DNA of 64,000 nucleotides, taken from contig JAZQTC010000022.1 in assembly GCA_045630405.1 (NCBI GenBank), forward strand, positions 53,673-117,672, given 5' to 3'. The notes under the pieces were generated by a model, which searched no databases, was not told where the DNA came from, and worked only from the letters and a program-made list of their open reading frames with translations. This DNA is from Acutalibacteraceae bacterium. Lineage in GTDB: Bacteria; Bacillota; Clostridia; Oscillospirales; Acutalibacteraceae. Position numbers and translations under genes: made by a program. Each line of letters begins with the position of its first letter. Within the stretch, counting starts at the first letter, position 1. Below are positions 17,748 to 28,209 of the stretch, piece after piece.

Positions 17748-18440
17748 TCATTTTGAGTTGACCACAAAATATTCAATCAGCTTTGCCGCATTTGCCGCCG
17801 CAACAGGTAAGAATTCGCCGTAATCCATATGGGATGAGCCGTCCGCGCAGTCGGAAACCGCCCTCACAACGCCGAAAGGAACGCCGTTTGAATAGCACAC
17901 CTGAGCGATGCTTGCACCCTCCATTTCGCATACAATTGCATCGAAATTATCGGTGATGAATTTCTTCTTTTCATCGCTGGCAATGAACTGGTCTCCCGAG
18001 GCTATGACACCCCTCAGACCCTTAATGTTTTCAAGGGTTCCGATGCCCTCAAGGAGCAGATTTGCGACCTCTCCGTCAGCAGGAATATTGACCATATTCA
18101 GACCCGAAATGAGACCTACGGGATCGCCCAGAGGTGAGGTGTCCATATCGTGCTGAACAAGGCTTTCCGCAACGGCAATATCGCCGATTGCAAGCTTTGT
18201 GCTGAGGCTTCCGCCAACGCCCGTGTTGATGATTCTGTCGGGTGAATATTTAAGTATCATTATCTGTGTGCACATAGCCGCCGCAACCTTGCCGATGCCG
18301 CAGACTGCCGCAACGATTTCCTTTCCGTGAAGAGTGCCTTTCACAAATTCAACACCGCCGATTTTTTCAACGGTTTTGTTTTCCATAAGTGATTTTATTG
18401 TTTCAACTTCAATGTGCATTGCACCGATTATACCTGTCAT
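17748..18440 (-). CDS. mtnN: 5'-methylthioadenosine/S-adenosylhomocysteine nucleosidase
   Basis: GIIGAM..E, GIGKV.AA, INTGVGG, SGDQF, CEMEGA, RAVSD. Confidence 0.95.
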   Translation of the reverse strand: MTGIIGAMHIEVETIKSLMENKTVEKIGGVEFVKGTLHGKEIVAAVCGIGKVAAAMCTQIMILKYSPDRIINTGVGGSLSTKLAIGDIAVAESLVQHDMDTSPLGDPVGLISGLNMVNIPADGEVANLLLEGIGTLENIKGLRGVIASGDQFIASDEKKKFITDNFDAIVCEMEGASIAQVCYSNGVPFGVVRAVSDCADGSSHMDYGEFLPVAAANAAKLIEYFVVNSK

Positions 18441-18574
18441 ACCGAATTACCTCCGTGATTTTCTCCTGCTATTTTAACACACAAAAATAAAAATATCAAC
18501 ACACAAAAAAGTGTTGCCTATTTAATGTATATGTGTTATTATTTAGTGTGTATTGTAAAATGGAGGATTGTTTT

Positions 18575-19825
18575 ATGGAATACATAATTACTGCGATGCT
18601 TGCGGCGGTGATTATCCTTCTTGTGATTGTCATCGCAAGACAGGGCAAAAATAAAAACGACTTGACCGACAGAAAAATAGATTCATTATCCGAAAAAACA
18701 GCGGAGCTTTCACGTGCTCTCGGTGCGGAATTCGAGCGCAGCCGCCGCGAATCAACCACGGCGCAGCACAATATGAGGATGGAAACCTCTGCCAGACTTG
18801 CAGAAATGAGCGAAAAAATCGAAAGCATCCGAGTCAACAATCTTGAGCAGAATGCAAGGCAGAGCAAAGAGCTTGCCCAAGCCGTTGACAGAATGAGAGA
18901 AAGCAATGAGAAAAAGCTGGAAGAAATGAGAGTCACCGTTGACGAAAAGCTGACCTCAACCCTCACCCAGAGGCTTGACAGCTCATTCAAGACCGTTTCA
19001 GACAGACTTGAAAACGTATATAAATCCCTCGGTGAAATGAAAGAGCTTTCAAACGGTGTTACTGCAAACGTCACAGCCCTCAACAAGGTGCTGACCAACG
19101 TAAAGGCAAGAGGCACCTGGGCAGAAGTACAGCTTGGAGCAATCCTTGACCAGACCTTGCCGGGTATGTACGAAACAAATTTTGTCTGCGTTGACGGCTC
19201 AAAGGACAGAGTTGAATTCGCGGTCAGAATTCCCTCAAACGAAGGCACGGTCACTTATCTTCCCGTTGACTCAAAATTCCCCATGGAAGATTATATCCGC
19301 CTTTGCAATGCGGCTGATTCCGCCGACCCCGAGGCACTTGCCGCCGCCCGTAAGGCACTTGAAGCAAGAATTCTCAGCGAAGCAAAAACCATAACCAAAT
19401 ATATAAACGTACCAAAAACCACTCCGTTTGCTATTATGTACCTTGCAACGGAAGGTCTTTATGCGGAAATCGCATCCTCACGCACGGGCATTGCGGAAAA
19501 AATCCGCAGTGAATACAACGTAATGATTGCAGGACCAACAACAATTACCGCCCTGCTCAATTCACTTTCCCTCGGCTTCAGAGCCGTTGCAATAAATGAA
19601 AAGGCTAACGAGGTAAGGCTTCTGCTTGCCGCCGCAAAAGTGCAGTACGATAAATTCGGTGTTGTGCTTCAGAAAGCAAGGCAGAAGATTGATGAAGCAG
19701 GCAAATCCCTTGACGAAGCAGACAAACGCAATGAAATGATACGCAAAAAGCTTCGTTCCGTTGAAGAAATCGACGGCGCTGCCGCCGATGAAATACTTTT
19801 GTCAGAAGATAATTCAGATACATAA
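18575..19825 (+). CDS. rmuC: DNA recombination protein RmuC
   Basis: N-terminal TM + coiled coil, RGTWAEVQL, VDSKFP, FAIMY; start chosen at ATG 18575 after GGAGG. Confidence 0.92.
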   Translation: MEYIITAMLAAVIILLVIVIARQGKNKNDLTDRKIDSLSEKTAELSRALGAEFERSRRESTTAQHNMRMETSARLAEMSEKIESIRVNNLEQNARQSKELAQAVDRMRESNEKKLEEMRVTVDEKLTSTLTQRLDSSFKTVSDRLENVYKSLGEMKELSNGVTANVTALNKVLTNVKARGTWAEVQLGAILDQTLPGMYETNFVCVDGSKDRVEFAVRIPSNEGTVTYLPVDSKFPMEDYIRLCNAADSADPEALAAARKALEARILSEAKTITKYINVPKTTPFAIMYLATEGLYAEIASSRTGIAEKIRSEYNVMIAGPTTITALLNSLSLGFRAVAINEKANEVRLLLAAAKVQYDKFGVVLQKARQKIDEAGKSLDEADKRNEMIRKKLRSVEEIDGAAADEILLSEDNSDT

Positions 19826-19839
19826 GGAGGACACAAAAA

Positions 19840-22257
19840 ATGAAAGACCCCAAGGAAATTCTCGCTCAGTTGACCCTTGAAGAAAAAGCTGCTATCTGCG
19901 ACGGTGCAGATTTCTGGCATCTCAAGGGACTGGAAAAATTCGGCATTCCCTCAATTATGGTTTGCGACGGCCCTCACGGACTCCGCAAGAAAGACTATTC
20001 AAAAACAGGTGACAGCCTTTCAAACAGCGTGCCTGCCATCAGCTATCCCACAGCCGCAACAACCGCAGCTTCATGGGATTCAGAGCTCCTCTTCGAAATG
20101 GGTGTTGCTCTGGGCAAAAAGTGCCTCAAGGAAGAAGTCGGCGTGCTTCTCGGACCCGGCATCAACATGAAGCGTTCACCCCTTTGCGGCAGAAACTTTG
20201 AGTATTTTTCAGAAGACCCCATCCTTGCAGGTGAACTTGCAGCAGGCTTCATCAACGGTGTTCAGTCAATGGGCGTCGGCACTTCACTCAAACATTTCTG
20301 TGCCAACAGCCAGGAAACCCGCAGAATGACCTGCGATTCAGTTGTTGACGAAAGAGCGCTCCGTGAAATCTATCTCACCGCATTTGAAATTGCCGTCAAG
20401 AAGGCTCAGCCCTGGACAGTAATGAACTCATACAACAAAATCAACGGTTTCCACGGTTCGGAAAACAAGCACACACAGATTGAAATCCTCCGTGACGAAT
20501 GGGGCTTCGACGGTGTTGTAGTCAGCGACTGGGGCGCAGTTAACGACAGAGTTCTCGGTTTTAAGAACGGTAACGACCTTGAAATGCCCTCATCATCAGG
20601 TTCAGGCACAAAGAAAATCGTTGAAGCTGTTCAGAACGGCACACTCGACGAAGCCGTTCTCGACGAAAGAGCACTCAATATGCTCAAGCTTATGAAGAAA
20701 GCAGTTGACGGTGCAAAGGCAAACTATGCATACAACGACGCAGACGATCAGCCTCTTGCAAGAAGAATTGCCGCAAACTCAATGGTTCTCCTTAAAAACA
20801 ACGGCATCCTTCCCCTCAAGAAGGGCGGCAAGATTGCAGTTATCGGCGAGCTTGCAAGAAAGCCCAGATATCAGGGTGCAGGCTCATCACATATCAACCC
20901 CACACAGCTTGACAACGCTCTCGACGAACTCAGGAAGGCAGGCTTTGACGTTGAATTCGCTCAGGGCTACGAACTTTCAAACAAGAAAGCAAAGAAGAAC
21001 GCTGCTCTTGCTGCAGCCGCTGCAGAAGTTGCAAAGAAATGCGAAACCGCAGTTCTCTTCATCGGTCTTACCGACGAATACGAAGCAGAGGGCTTTGACA
21101 GAAGCCATATGAATCTTCCTGCAGCACACGATGCTCTTGTTGAAGAAATCCTTAAGATAAACAAGAACGTTGTTATCGTTCTTGCAGGCGGTTCACCCGT
21201 TGAAATGCCCTGGAACGACGGTGTTGCAGCTATCCTCAACTCATACCTCGGCGGTCAGGCAGGTGCAGGCGCAGTTGCAGATATCCTTTCAGGCGCGGTT
21301 AACCCCAGCGGTAAGCTCCCCGAAACTTATCCCATGACTTACGCAGACACTCCTGCAGTCAACAACTTCCCCGGCAACCCTGCATCGGTTGAATACCGTG
21401 AAAGCGTATATATCGGCTACAGATATTACGAAAAGGCTGCAAAGGCTGTACGCTATCCCTTCGGCTTCGGTCTTTCATACACAACATTTGAATATTCAGA
21501 CATCAAACTTGACAAGTCAGCAATGGATGAGAACGATACTCTCACCGTTACCTGCAAAATCAAGAACACCGGCAACGTTTCAGGCTGCGAAGTTGCACAG
21601 CTTTACGTTGCAGATAAAGAAAGCACAATCTACAGACCCGTCAAGGAGCTTAAGGGCTTCAAGAAGGTATGGCTTAACCCCGGTGAGGAAAAGGAAGTTT
21701 CATTTGAACTTTCAAAGAGAGCATTCGCTTTCTATAACGTAAACATCAACGACTGGTGCGTCGAAAGCGGTGAATTCGATATTCTCGTAGGCGCATCAAG
21801 TGCAGATATCAGACTCAGCGCAACAGTCAACGTAACTGCAGCTGCAGCAGATATCCCCGACTACTCAAAGGTTGCTCCCCTCTACTACACAGGCAACGTT
21901 CAGAACGTTCCCGAGGAGCAGTTCGTTGCAGTTCTCGGCAGAGAGCTTCCCGAAACAGACTACGATCCCAACAGAAAGCTTGGCATCTGCGACACCTTTG
22001 AAAGCTGCCGCCACGCAAAGAACGGCAAGAAATTCTACAAGCTTCTTTCAACCCTTATTCCTGCAGGCTTTGCTCAGGCAATCGCTCTCCAGACTCCTTT
22101 CCGCGATTTCATCAGTATGAGCGGCGGCGTTATGAGCGAAGATATGGCAAACGGTCTTGTAATGTGGATCAGCGGCGAAAAAGGCGGTATCCGCAAGATT
22201 CTTAAGGGTATCCCCGGCGCAATCAAGGGCATTGGTCCCCTCCTTAAGAATATCTAA
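19840..22257 (+). CDS. Glycoside hydrolase family 3 beta-glucosidase with Fn3-like domain (cytoplasmic)
   Basis: DGPHGLR, RNFEYFSEDP, KHFCAN, VVSDWG nucleophile motif, ELKGFKK. Confidence 0.95.
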   Translation: MKDPKEILAQLTLEEKAAICDGADFWHLKGLEKFGIPSIMVCDGPHGLRKKDYSKTGDSLSNSVPAISYPTAATTAASWDSELLFEMGVALGKKCLKEEVGVLLGPGINMKRSPLCGRNFEYFSEDPILAGELAAGFINGVQSMGVGTSLKHFCANSQETRRMTCDSVVDERALREIYLTAFEIAVKKAQPWTVMNSYNKINGFHGSENKHTQIEILRDEWGFDGVVVSDWGAVNDRVLGFKNGNDLEMPSSSGSGTKKIVEAVQNGTLDEAVLDERALNMLKLMKKAVDGAKANYAYNDADDQPLARRIAANSMVLLKNNGILPLKKGGKIAVIGELARKPRYQGAGSSHINPTQLDNALDELRKAGFDVEFAQGYELSNKKAKKNAALAAAAAEVAKKCETAVLFIGLTDEYEAEGFDRSHMNLPAAHDALVEEILKINKNVVIVLAGGSPVEMPWNDGVAAILNSYLGGQAGAGAVADILSGAVNPSGKLPETYPMTYADTPAVNNFPGNPASVEYRESVYIGYRYYEKAAKAVRYPFGFGLSYTTFEYSDIKLDKSAMDENDTLTVTCKIKNTGNVSGCEVAQLYVADKESTIYRPVKELKGFKKVWLNPGEEKEVSFELSKRAFAFYNVNINDWCVESGEFDILVGASSADIRLSATVNVTAAAADIPDYSKVAPLYYTGNVQNVPEEQFVAVLGRELPETDYDPNRKLGICDTFESCRHAKNGKKFYKLLSTLIPAGFAQAIALQTPFRDFISMSGGVMSEDMANGLVMWISGEKGGIRKILKGIPGAIKGIGPLLKNI

Positions 22258-22268
22258 GGGTGAATACA

Positions 22269-25200
22269 ATGGCAAAAAAGAAGTTATCAGTAAAAATAAT
22301 CAGCGTTGTGCTTGCACTTGCTATGCTCATTTCCTGCGTTCCTATGATGGCAAGTGCGGACACTTCAACCATCCGCTTCGGCGTTATTTCCGACATTCAT
22401 TACCTCGCTCCCTCGCTGAAAGGTGAGGGCGCGGAATGGTATGACAAGGTCAACAAGCAGCACAAGGAATACAACGACCTTGACGGTCTTGTCGACAACG
22501 CTCTTGACGGTGTTCTCCGCAACGCAGTTGAAAACGGAGAAACCTATCTGCTCATCCCCGGTGATATGACCAAAGACGGCGAGCTTGAGAGCCACAAGGT
22601 TCTTGCCGCAAAGCTTGAACAGTTTGAGGCTGAAACAGGCATTCCCGTTTTTGTTATCCCCGGCAACCACGATATCAACAACAGCAAGGCAACCGATTAT
22701 TCGGGCAACACCCAGACTCCTGCCGCAACAACTTCTCCCGAGCAGTTCAGAGAAATCTATAAGAACCTGGGATTTGATATGGCAGACAGCTTCTTCGTTC
22801 CCGAAGAGGGCAAAAAAGGCGGTATGCTTTCATACGCCTGCACTCTCGGCGGTTACAGACTCATCGCTATCGACAGCTGTATGTACAGCGAGGATAACGG
22901 TGCAGAAGGCAACGAGCATATGACCGACGGTCAGCTTGCAGACGGTCTGCTTGAATGGATTGTTGACGAGTGCGAAAAGGCAGAGGAAAACGGACTTACC
23001 GTTATCGGTATGCAGCACCACAACCTTGTTCCCCACACAGACATCGAGGAAGCCACTTTCTGGCCCTTCGTTGTAAGAGATTGGATGAGAATTGCAGAAA
23101 CCTATGCAGACGCAGGTATGCACTACGTTTTCACAGGCCATCTTCATTCAAACGACACGGTTTCTCACGTCAACGACAACGGTGAAACCGTATATGACAT
23201 TCTCACTCCCACCCTTACAGGCTATCCCAACTATTACAAAATAATTGATTTCACATCCGACGGCGAAACAACCTCAATGGATATGCAGACGCTTGACATC
23301 GACAAGTATCAGCCCGTTGTCGGTGATGACGGTACTGTCTACGAAGTACCTTTCAAGTATACGTATTCATACGGTCAGACCTTCGGTGACGGCGGTGTAA
23401 AGAATCTTATTCAGGGTCTTGTTTATCCCTTTATCTCCGGCCTTTTTGAAGAAATTCAGGCAGCCGGCGGCATCGGTGAATACCTCAAGACAAAGAATCT
23501 TGACCTTGAAAAGATTATTGTTGACGCTCTCGGCACCAACGGTCTTGCAATCGGTGATGTTGAAATCCTCACCGTCAGCTCAAACGTTATGGGCTTTGCA
23601 AACGACCTTTTCAGTCAGGTTGACAACGTTTATATCAACGATATCGACGGCACAATCGCAAAGGTTGACGCAATCATCGATAAGCTCATCAATTTTGAGG
23701 TAAGTACCCTTGAAGCAACCATTCCCAACGAATACGTGGGCTATGAGCTTACAGGCAAGGGCTGCACTCTTGCAGACTACGCAACCTCACTTCTCATTCT
23801 CCACTACCTTGGTGATGAAGATATTTCCGGTTATCCCTATATGACCGATGCTCTTGACCGTTTTGAAAGCGGCGAGCTTGCAGAAAAGTTCTTTGCACTT
23901 CTTCTTGAGGTTGTTGTTGACGACCTTGTGCAGGGTGAAATCCTGGCAAATCTCAAATTCAACCCCGGTGAGCTTTTCCCCGACGGTACTGCGCTCAGCA
24001 TCTTCGGTGATATCATTCAGGGCGGTCTTGAAGCACTTCTCGGCGGTGACAACAGTTTCATCAACCTTGTCAGCTCCGTGCTTGCAATTCCCCTTGTTCC
24101 CGAGGAATACAGCTCCGTCAACTCAATCATCGACACTCTTCTCGGCGAATATATCACTCAGAGCCAGTATGAAGCCTGGGGCTACACCATCAGCTGGATG
24201 GTAAATGCCTTCCTTGAGGATGACGGCATTGACGATAACAACTGCACAATCACCTACAGCGGCCCCGTTGAGGTCGAGGCAACTCAGGATAACTACCGTC
24301 TCCCCTCACACATTGCGGTTTCTCTCGGTGAAGATTCATCAAGTGAAATGAGCATCACCTGGCTCACAAAGTACAGCGTTGAGGGCAGCGACATCGAGAT
24401 TATTCCTTACAGCGAAAATCCCGAGTTCACGGGCAATCCCACAAAGGGATTCGCTGCAAAGTGCGAGCCTGTTGAAAAAATTTATCCGGGTGCAGATATC
24501 GGTCTGCTCCTCACTCTTCTCCCCTTTGAGAGAATTTACAACAAGCACACCATCAATCTTTCAGGTCTTGAAAGCGGCACAAAATACAGCTACCGCATCG
24601 GTGATGCGGAAAAGGGCTGGTGGAGCGAAGCAGGCACAATCACCACCGCAGGCGGTGATGACGAAGCATTCACCTTCTTCTATATGGCCGACCCTCAGGC
24701 TCAGCGCAAAGACCAGTACGAAAGATTCGGCGAAGTTGTTGAAACTGCTCAGGCTCTTTATCCCGATGCACGTTTCATTGTTTCCGCAGGCGATCAGGTT
24801 GACGCAGGTCAGAACGTTAAGCATTGGAATTACTATCTCAATTCAACCACAGCGCTCCTTGATCTTCCTCTTATGCCCACAACAGGCAACCATGAAAAAG
24901 AGGGTGCGGTAATCACAGAAAACTTTGCACTTCCCAACGTTCCCGAGCAGGACCTTGAAACAGGCGTTTATTATTCATACGATTACAACGGTGTTCATTT
25001 CACCGTTCTCAACACCAACGATGACGAGGACGATAAGCTCAGCGATGCACAGATTGACTGGATGATTGATGATATCAGTTCAAGCGACGCAAAGTGGAAA
25101 ATCGTTGTTCTTCACAAAGCACCTTATTCAAACGGCTCTCACTACGATGACAGCGACGTTGAGGGCTTCAGAAAGCAGCTCGGTACTCTTCTTCCCTATC

Positions 25201-25703
25201 TGGGAGTTGATATGGTGCTTCAGGGTCACGACCACGTTTACCTGAGAACAGACGTGCTCAATGCAAATGCGGTTATGCCCACCAAGACAGGAACAAAGAC
25301 CTACAACGGTGTTGAATATCTCACCAAATATAACCCTGACGGAACAATCTATTCAATCTGCGGCACTTCAGGTGTTAAGGTTTACCACACCAAGGATACC
25401 GCCGCAACGGATGAAAAGTTCCCCCGTGCAGAGGCGATTGTTGACGTTGAAAATTCAATGTTCAGCGCAATCACCGTTGACGGCAACACACTTTATTACA
25501 ACGCTTATGAAGTCAACAACGGCGAGGCAACAACTGTTGACACCTTTGCTATCGAAAAAACCGATAACAAAGCACCCGTTGATACCTTCGGAAGCGGTGT
25601 TGCGGATTTCCTTGCAGATATCAATCTGAACTTTATGTGGAAAATCGTCAACTTCTTCACAAACATCATCGGCAAGGTTATGAACCTCGTCCGGAGCATT
25701 TAA
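22269..25703 (+). CDS. Secreted protein with two calcineurin-like metallophosphoesterase domains (second of purple acid phosphatase type)
   Basis: Signal peptide; domain 1 SDIH/PGDMT/PGNHD/QHH/GHLH; FN3-like PAP N-domain; domain 2 ADPQ/GDQVD/GNHE/LHK/GHDH. Confidence 0.85.
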   Translation: MAKKKLSVKIISVVLALAMLISCVPMMASADTSTIRFGVISDIHYLAPSLKGEGAEWYDKVNKQHKEYNDLDGLVDNALDGVLRNAVENGETYLLIPGDMTKDGELESHKVLAAKLEQFEAETGIPVFVIPGNHDINNSKATDYSGNTQTPAATTSPEQFREIYKNLGFDMADSFFVPEEGKKGGMLSYACTLGGYRLIAIDSCMYSEDNGAEGNEHMTDGQLADGLLEWIVDECEKAEENGLTVIGMQHHNLVPHTDIEEATFWPFVVRDWMRIAETYADAGMHYVFTGHLHSNDTVSHVNDNGETVYDILTPTLTGYPNYYKIIDFTSDGETTSMDMQTLDIDKYQPVVGDDGTVYEVPFKYTYSYGQTFGDGGVKNLIQGLVYPFISGLFEEIQAAGGIGEYLKTKNLDLEKIIVDALGTNGLAIGDVEILTVSSNVMGFANDLFSQVDNVYINDIDGTIAKVDAIIDKLINFEVSTLEATIPNEYVGYELTGKGCTLADYATSLLILHYLGDEDISGYPYMTDALDRFESGELAEKFFALLLEVVVDDLVQGEILANLKFNPGELFPDGTALSIFGDIIQGGLEALLGGDNSFINLVSSVLAIPLVPEEYSSVNSIIDTLLGEYITQSQYEAWGYTISWMVNAFLEDDGIDDNNCTITYSGPVEVEATQDNYRLPSHIAVSLGEDSSSEMSITWLTKYSVEGSDIEIIPYSENPEFTGNPTKGFAAKCEPVEKIYPGADIGLLLTLLPFERIYNKHTINLSGLESGTKYSYRIGDAEKGWWSEAGTITTAGGDDEAFTFFYMADPQAQRKDQYERFGEVVETAQALYPDARFIVSAGDQVDAGQNVKHWNYYLNSTTALLDLPLMPTTGNHEKEGAVITENFALPNVPEQDLETGVYYSYDYNGVHFTVLNTNDDEDDKLSDAQIDWMIDDISSSDAKWKIVVLHKAPYSNGSHYDDSDVEGFRKQLGTLLPYLGVDMVLQGHDHVYLRTDVLNANAVMPTKTGTKTYNGVEYLTKYNPDGTIYSICGTSGVKVYHTKDTAATDEKFPRAEAIVDVENSMFSAITVDGNTLYYNAYEVNNGEATTVDTFAIEKTDNKAPVDTFGSGVADFLADINLNFMWKIVNFFTNIIGKVMNLVRSI

Positions 25704-25705
25704 TC

Positions 25706-25749
25706 AAAAAGCCCGACCTGAAATTTTTATCAGGTCGGGTTCTTTATTT
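25706..25749. terminator. Intrinsic terminator after the phosphoesterase gene
   Basis: CCCGACCTGA-aattttta-TCAGGTCGGG flanked by A and T tracts. Confidence 0.75.
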
Positions 25750-25832
25750 GTGTAACACATTCCCCGTCATCCACATAAGATGTGAATGTAAGCGGCAGAT
25801 AAACCGCTTAACGGGAAACGGAGGTAAGATAT

Positions 25833-25970
25833 ATGTGCAATAACAACTGGTGCCTTTTCATCATCCTCATTCTTCTTTTCTGCAACAACGATTGCGGTTC
25901 AACCTTCAATTCAGGTTGCGGCTGCGGTGCAGCAAGAAGCAACGACTGCGGCTGCGGATGCGGTTGCTAA
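25833..25970 (+). CDS. 45-aa Cys/Gly-rich small protein (possible spore-associated)
   Basis: Below ORF-track cutoff; GGAGGT RBS; MCNNNWCLFIILILLFCNNDCGSTFNSGCGCGAARSNDCGCGCGC. Confidence 0.7.
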   Translation: MCNNNWCLFIILILLFCNNDCGSTFNSGCGCGAARSNDCGCGCGC

Positions 25971-27067
25971 ATAATTAAAGCAAGGATTTCCGCCGCCTCT
26001 TCCTGCGTCAGACCGCCGGGGGAGGCGGGAAAATTTCCGGGAATAACGCTCTGCCAGCGCAGGGCGTATTCTTTTGCCTTTTCTCCGATTGATGCGCCTC
26101 CAAGGTCGGTCAGGGAGGCAATAACGCTCTTAACCTCATCAATATCAGCGGTCATCTCAACAAAATCAGCAAATTTTTCGGGCGCAAATCTTGCGCAGCG
26201 GTCAATATAGGGAGCAAAGAATGCCGCACAAGCCATACCGTGAGGTACTCCGTAGTTTTCCGTCAGCACGTAGCCGAGAGGATGGGGAAAACCCGTGCCG
26301 CAATCATTGATGACAAGCCCTGCATAGATTGATGCGTCATAGAGAGGCTCCCTCAATTCGGGTGCTACGGAATCCGTCTGTGAAAGTGCTTTGAGACAAC
26401 GGTAAAGCTCGGGAATACATTTTTCTGCATAAAGTCGGAGCATTCCGCCGCATTTGTCGGTGAAAAATCCTTCAACTGCGTGTGCAAAAGCATCAAGAGC
26501 CGTTGAGACCGTTGTTTTATATGACATTGACGCTGTGTATTTATGGTCGCAGAACGAAACGGCGGCATAGCAATCCTTGCCCTTTATGCTTTTCTTTGCA
26601 CCTGTTTCATCGTTTGAAAGCACGGCAACTGCCGTCACTTCGCTTCCCGTTCCTGCTGTTGTGCCGATGAGAGCAAGAGGCAGGGGCGGATTTTTATATT
26701 TCCTTTTGTAAATATCAATAGGAGTGAGATCTGCGTTGGATGCATATATCGCCACCGCCTTTGAGCCGTCAAGCACGGAGCCGCCGCCAATACCGAGAAT
26801 AAAATCCGCATCGGCATCCCTTGCCGCCTCGCCTGCTTTGTGGCAAGCTGAAATAAGAGGATTTTCGCTTATTCCGTCAAAAATCGCATAGCCTATGCCC
26901 TGCTTTTCAAGGGCGTTTATCGCATCGTCAAGCGCACCGCTTGCCTTTGCGCTGTTTTTTCCCGTAACAATAAGGCATTTTTTGCCCAGTGCAAGAGCAG
27001 AAGAATTCTCTGCAACGGCATTTCTTCCCCATATACAATTAACGGGCATATGTATCGTATTTGCCAT
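25967..27067 (-). CDS. Iron-containing alcohol dehydrogenase family protein
   Basis: GIGGGSVLDGSKA, TTAGTGSEVT, DAFAHAVE, HPLGY..HG; start at ATG 27067 after GAAAGGA. Confidence 0.9.
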   Translation of the reverse strand: MANTIHMPVNCIWGRNAVAENSSALALGKKCLIVTGKNSAKASGALDDAINALEKQGIGYAIFDGISENPLISACHKAGEAARDADADFILGIGGGSVLDGSKAVAIYASNADLTPIDIYKRKYKNPPLPLALIGTTAGTGSEVTAVAVLSNDETGAKKSIKGKDCYAAVSFCDHKYTASMSYKTTVSTALDAFAHAVEGFFTDKCGGMLRLYAEKCIPELYRCLKALSQTDSVAPELREPLYDASIYAGLVINDCGTGFPHPLGYVLTENYGVPHGMACAAFFAPYIDRCARFAPEKFADFVEMTADIDEVKSVIASLTDLGGASIGEKAKEYALRWQSVIPGNFPASPGGLTQEEAAEILALII

Positions 27068-27151
27068 AATAACCATTCCTTTCACAATTATTTTACCATA
27101 TTTTATACCAAAATCAATTATTAACCAATATTTTTTATAAAATATAAACTA

Positions 27152-27180
27152 TTGAAATATTTTTAAAAAAGGTGTATCAT
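27152..27180 (+). promoter_or_regulatory. Sigma-A-type promoter for the apbE-rnf operon
   Basis: TTGAAA-17 bp-TATCAT with TG before the -10. Confidence 0.55.
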
Positions 27181-27209
27181 ATATCATTATAATTGGGGAG
27201 GTATGTGGT

Positions 27210-28208
27210 GTGAAAAGAATTGCATCAATTATTGCGGCAATTGCCGCGGTTATTCTTGCTTTTCTGATTATTTCCGATACCGTCACCCCAAAGCAGAGCT
27301 TCAGCTTTTTTGCTATGAATACTTACGTGTCAGGCGAGGTTGAAGGCGGAGAATCCGATAATCTTCCGCAGGATATTGAGGATATAATCGGAAATCTTGA
27401 TCTGAAAATTCTTTCACGCACGGCGGAAGGCTCTTTTGTTTATGACCTCAACAAAAACCATTCGGCTTCTCCCGATGCAAAAATGACGGAATATTTCGAA
27501 ACTCTCCGCGAAGTCTGCAAAAAAAGCGACGGTGCCTTTGATTTCACTCTCGGAGGAGTAAGCGACCTCTGGAATTTCAGCGGTACCCCTTCAATTCCCG
27601 ACTCTGTAATGCTTGCAGACGTCCTCTCCCACAGCGGATACGAAAAAGTCACTCTCTCTGACGGCAGAATCACTCTCACAGACAAATCTGCCGTTGTTGA
27701 CTTCGGTGCATCAGGCAAAGGAATCGCACTCGACAGCGTCAGAGATTATCTTGAAACACAGAATGCAAAACGAGCAGTTGTCAGCGTTGGCGGAAGCGTG
27801 CTTCTCTACGGAAAAGACGACTTCACCGTGGGAATCAAAAATCCCTTTGGAGGTAATGATTTTGCTGCAACGTTGACCGTTAACGAATGCTGCGTTTCAA
27901 CCTCGGGCACTTACGAGCAGTATTTTGAGGAAAACGGCAAAAGATATCATCACATCCTTGACCCCAAAACAGGTTACCCTGCAGAAAGCGGAGTGGTCAG
28001 CGCAACGGTTATTTCGGAAAGCGGATTGCTCAGCGATGCTCTTTCAACCGCCTGCTTCGTGCTGGGTATGGAAAAAGGCTTTGAGCTTGCGGATGAATTC
28101 GGCGCAACCGTTATTTTTGTGACCGACGACGGCAAGATACACTGCAAAGACGGTGCGGATATCACAATCGACCTTAACGGTGAATCTTTCACCCTTGTGA
28201 AACATTGA
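27210..28208 (+). CDS. apbE: FAD:protein FMN transferase (ApbE family)
   Basis: FAMNT, DFGASGKG, STSGTYE, YHHILDPKTGYP, SDALST. Confidence 0.92.
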   Translation: MKRIASIIAAIAAVILAFLIISDTVTPKQSFSFFAMNTYVSGEVEGGESDNLPQDIEDIIGNLDLKILSRTAEGSFVYDLNKNHSASPDAKMTEYFETLREVCKKSDGAFDFTLGGVSDLWNFSGTPSIPDSVMLADVLSHSGYEKVTLSDGRITLTDKSAVVDFGASGKGIALDSVRDYLETQNAKRAVVSVGGSVLLYGKDDFTVGIKNPFGGNDFAATLTVNECCVSTSGTYEQYFEENGKRYHHILDPKTGYPAESGVVSATVISESGLLSDALSTACFVLGMEKGFELADEFGATVIFVTDDGKIHCKDGADITIDLNGESFTLVKH

Positions 28209-28209
28209 T

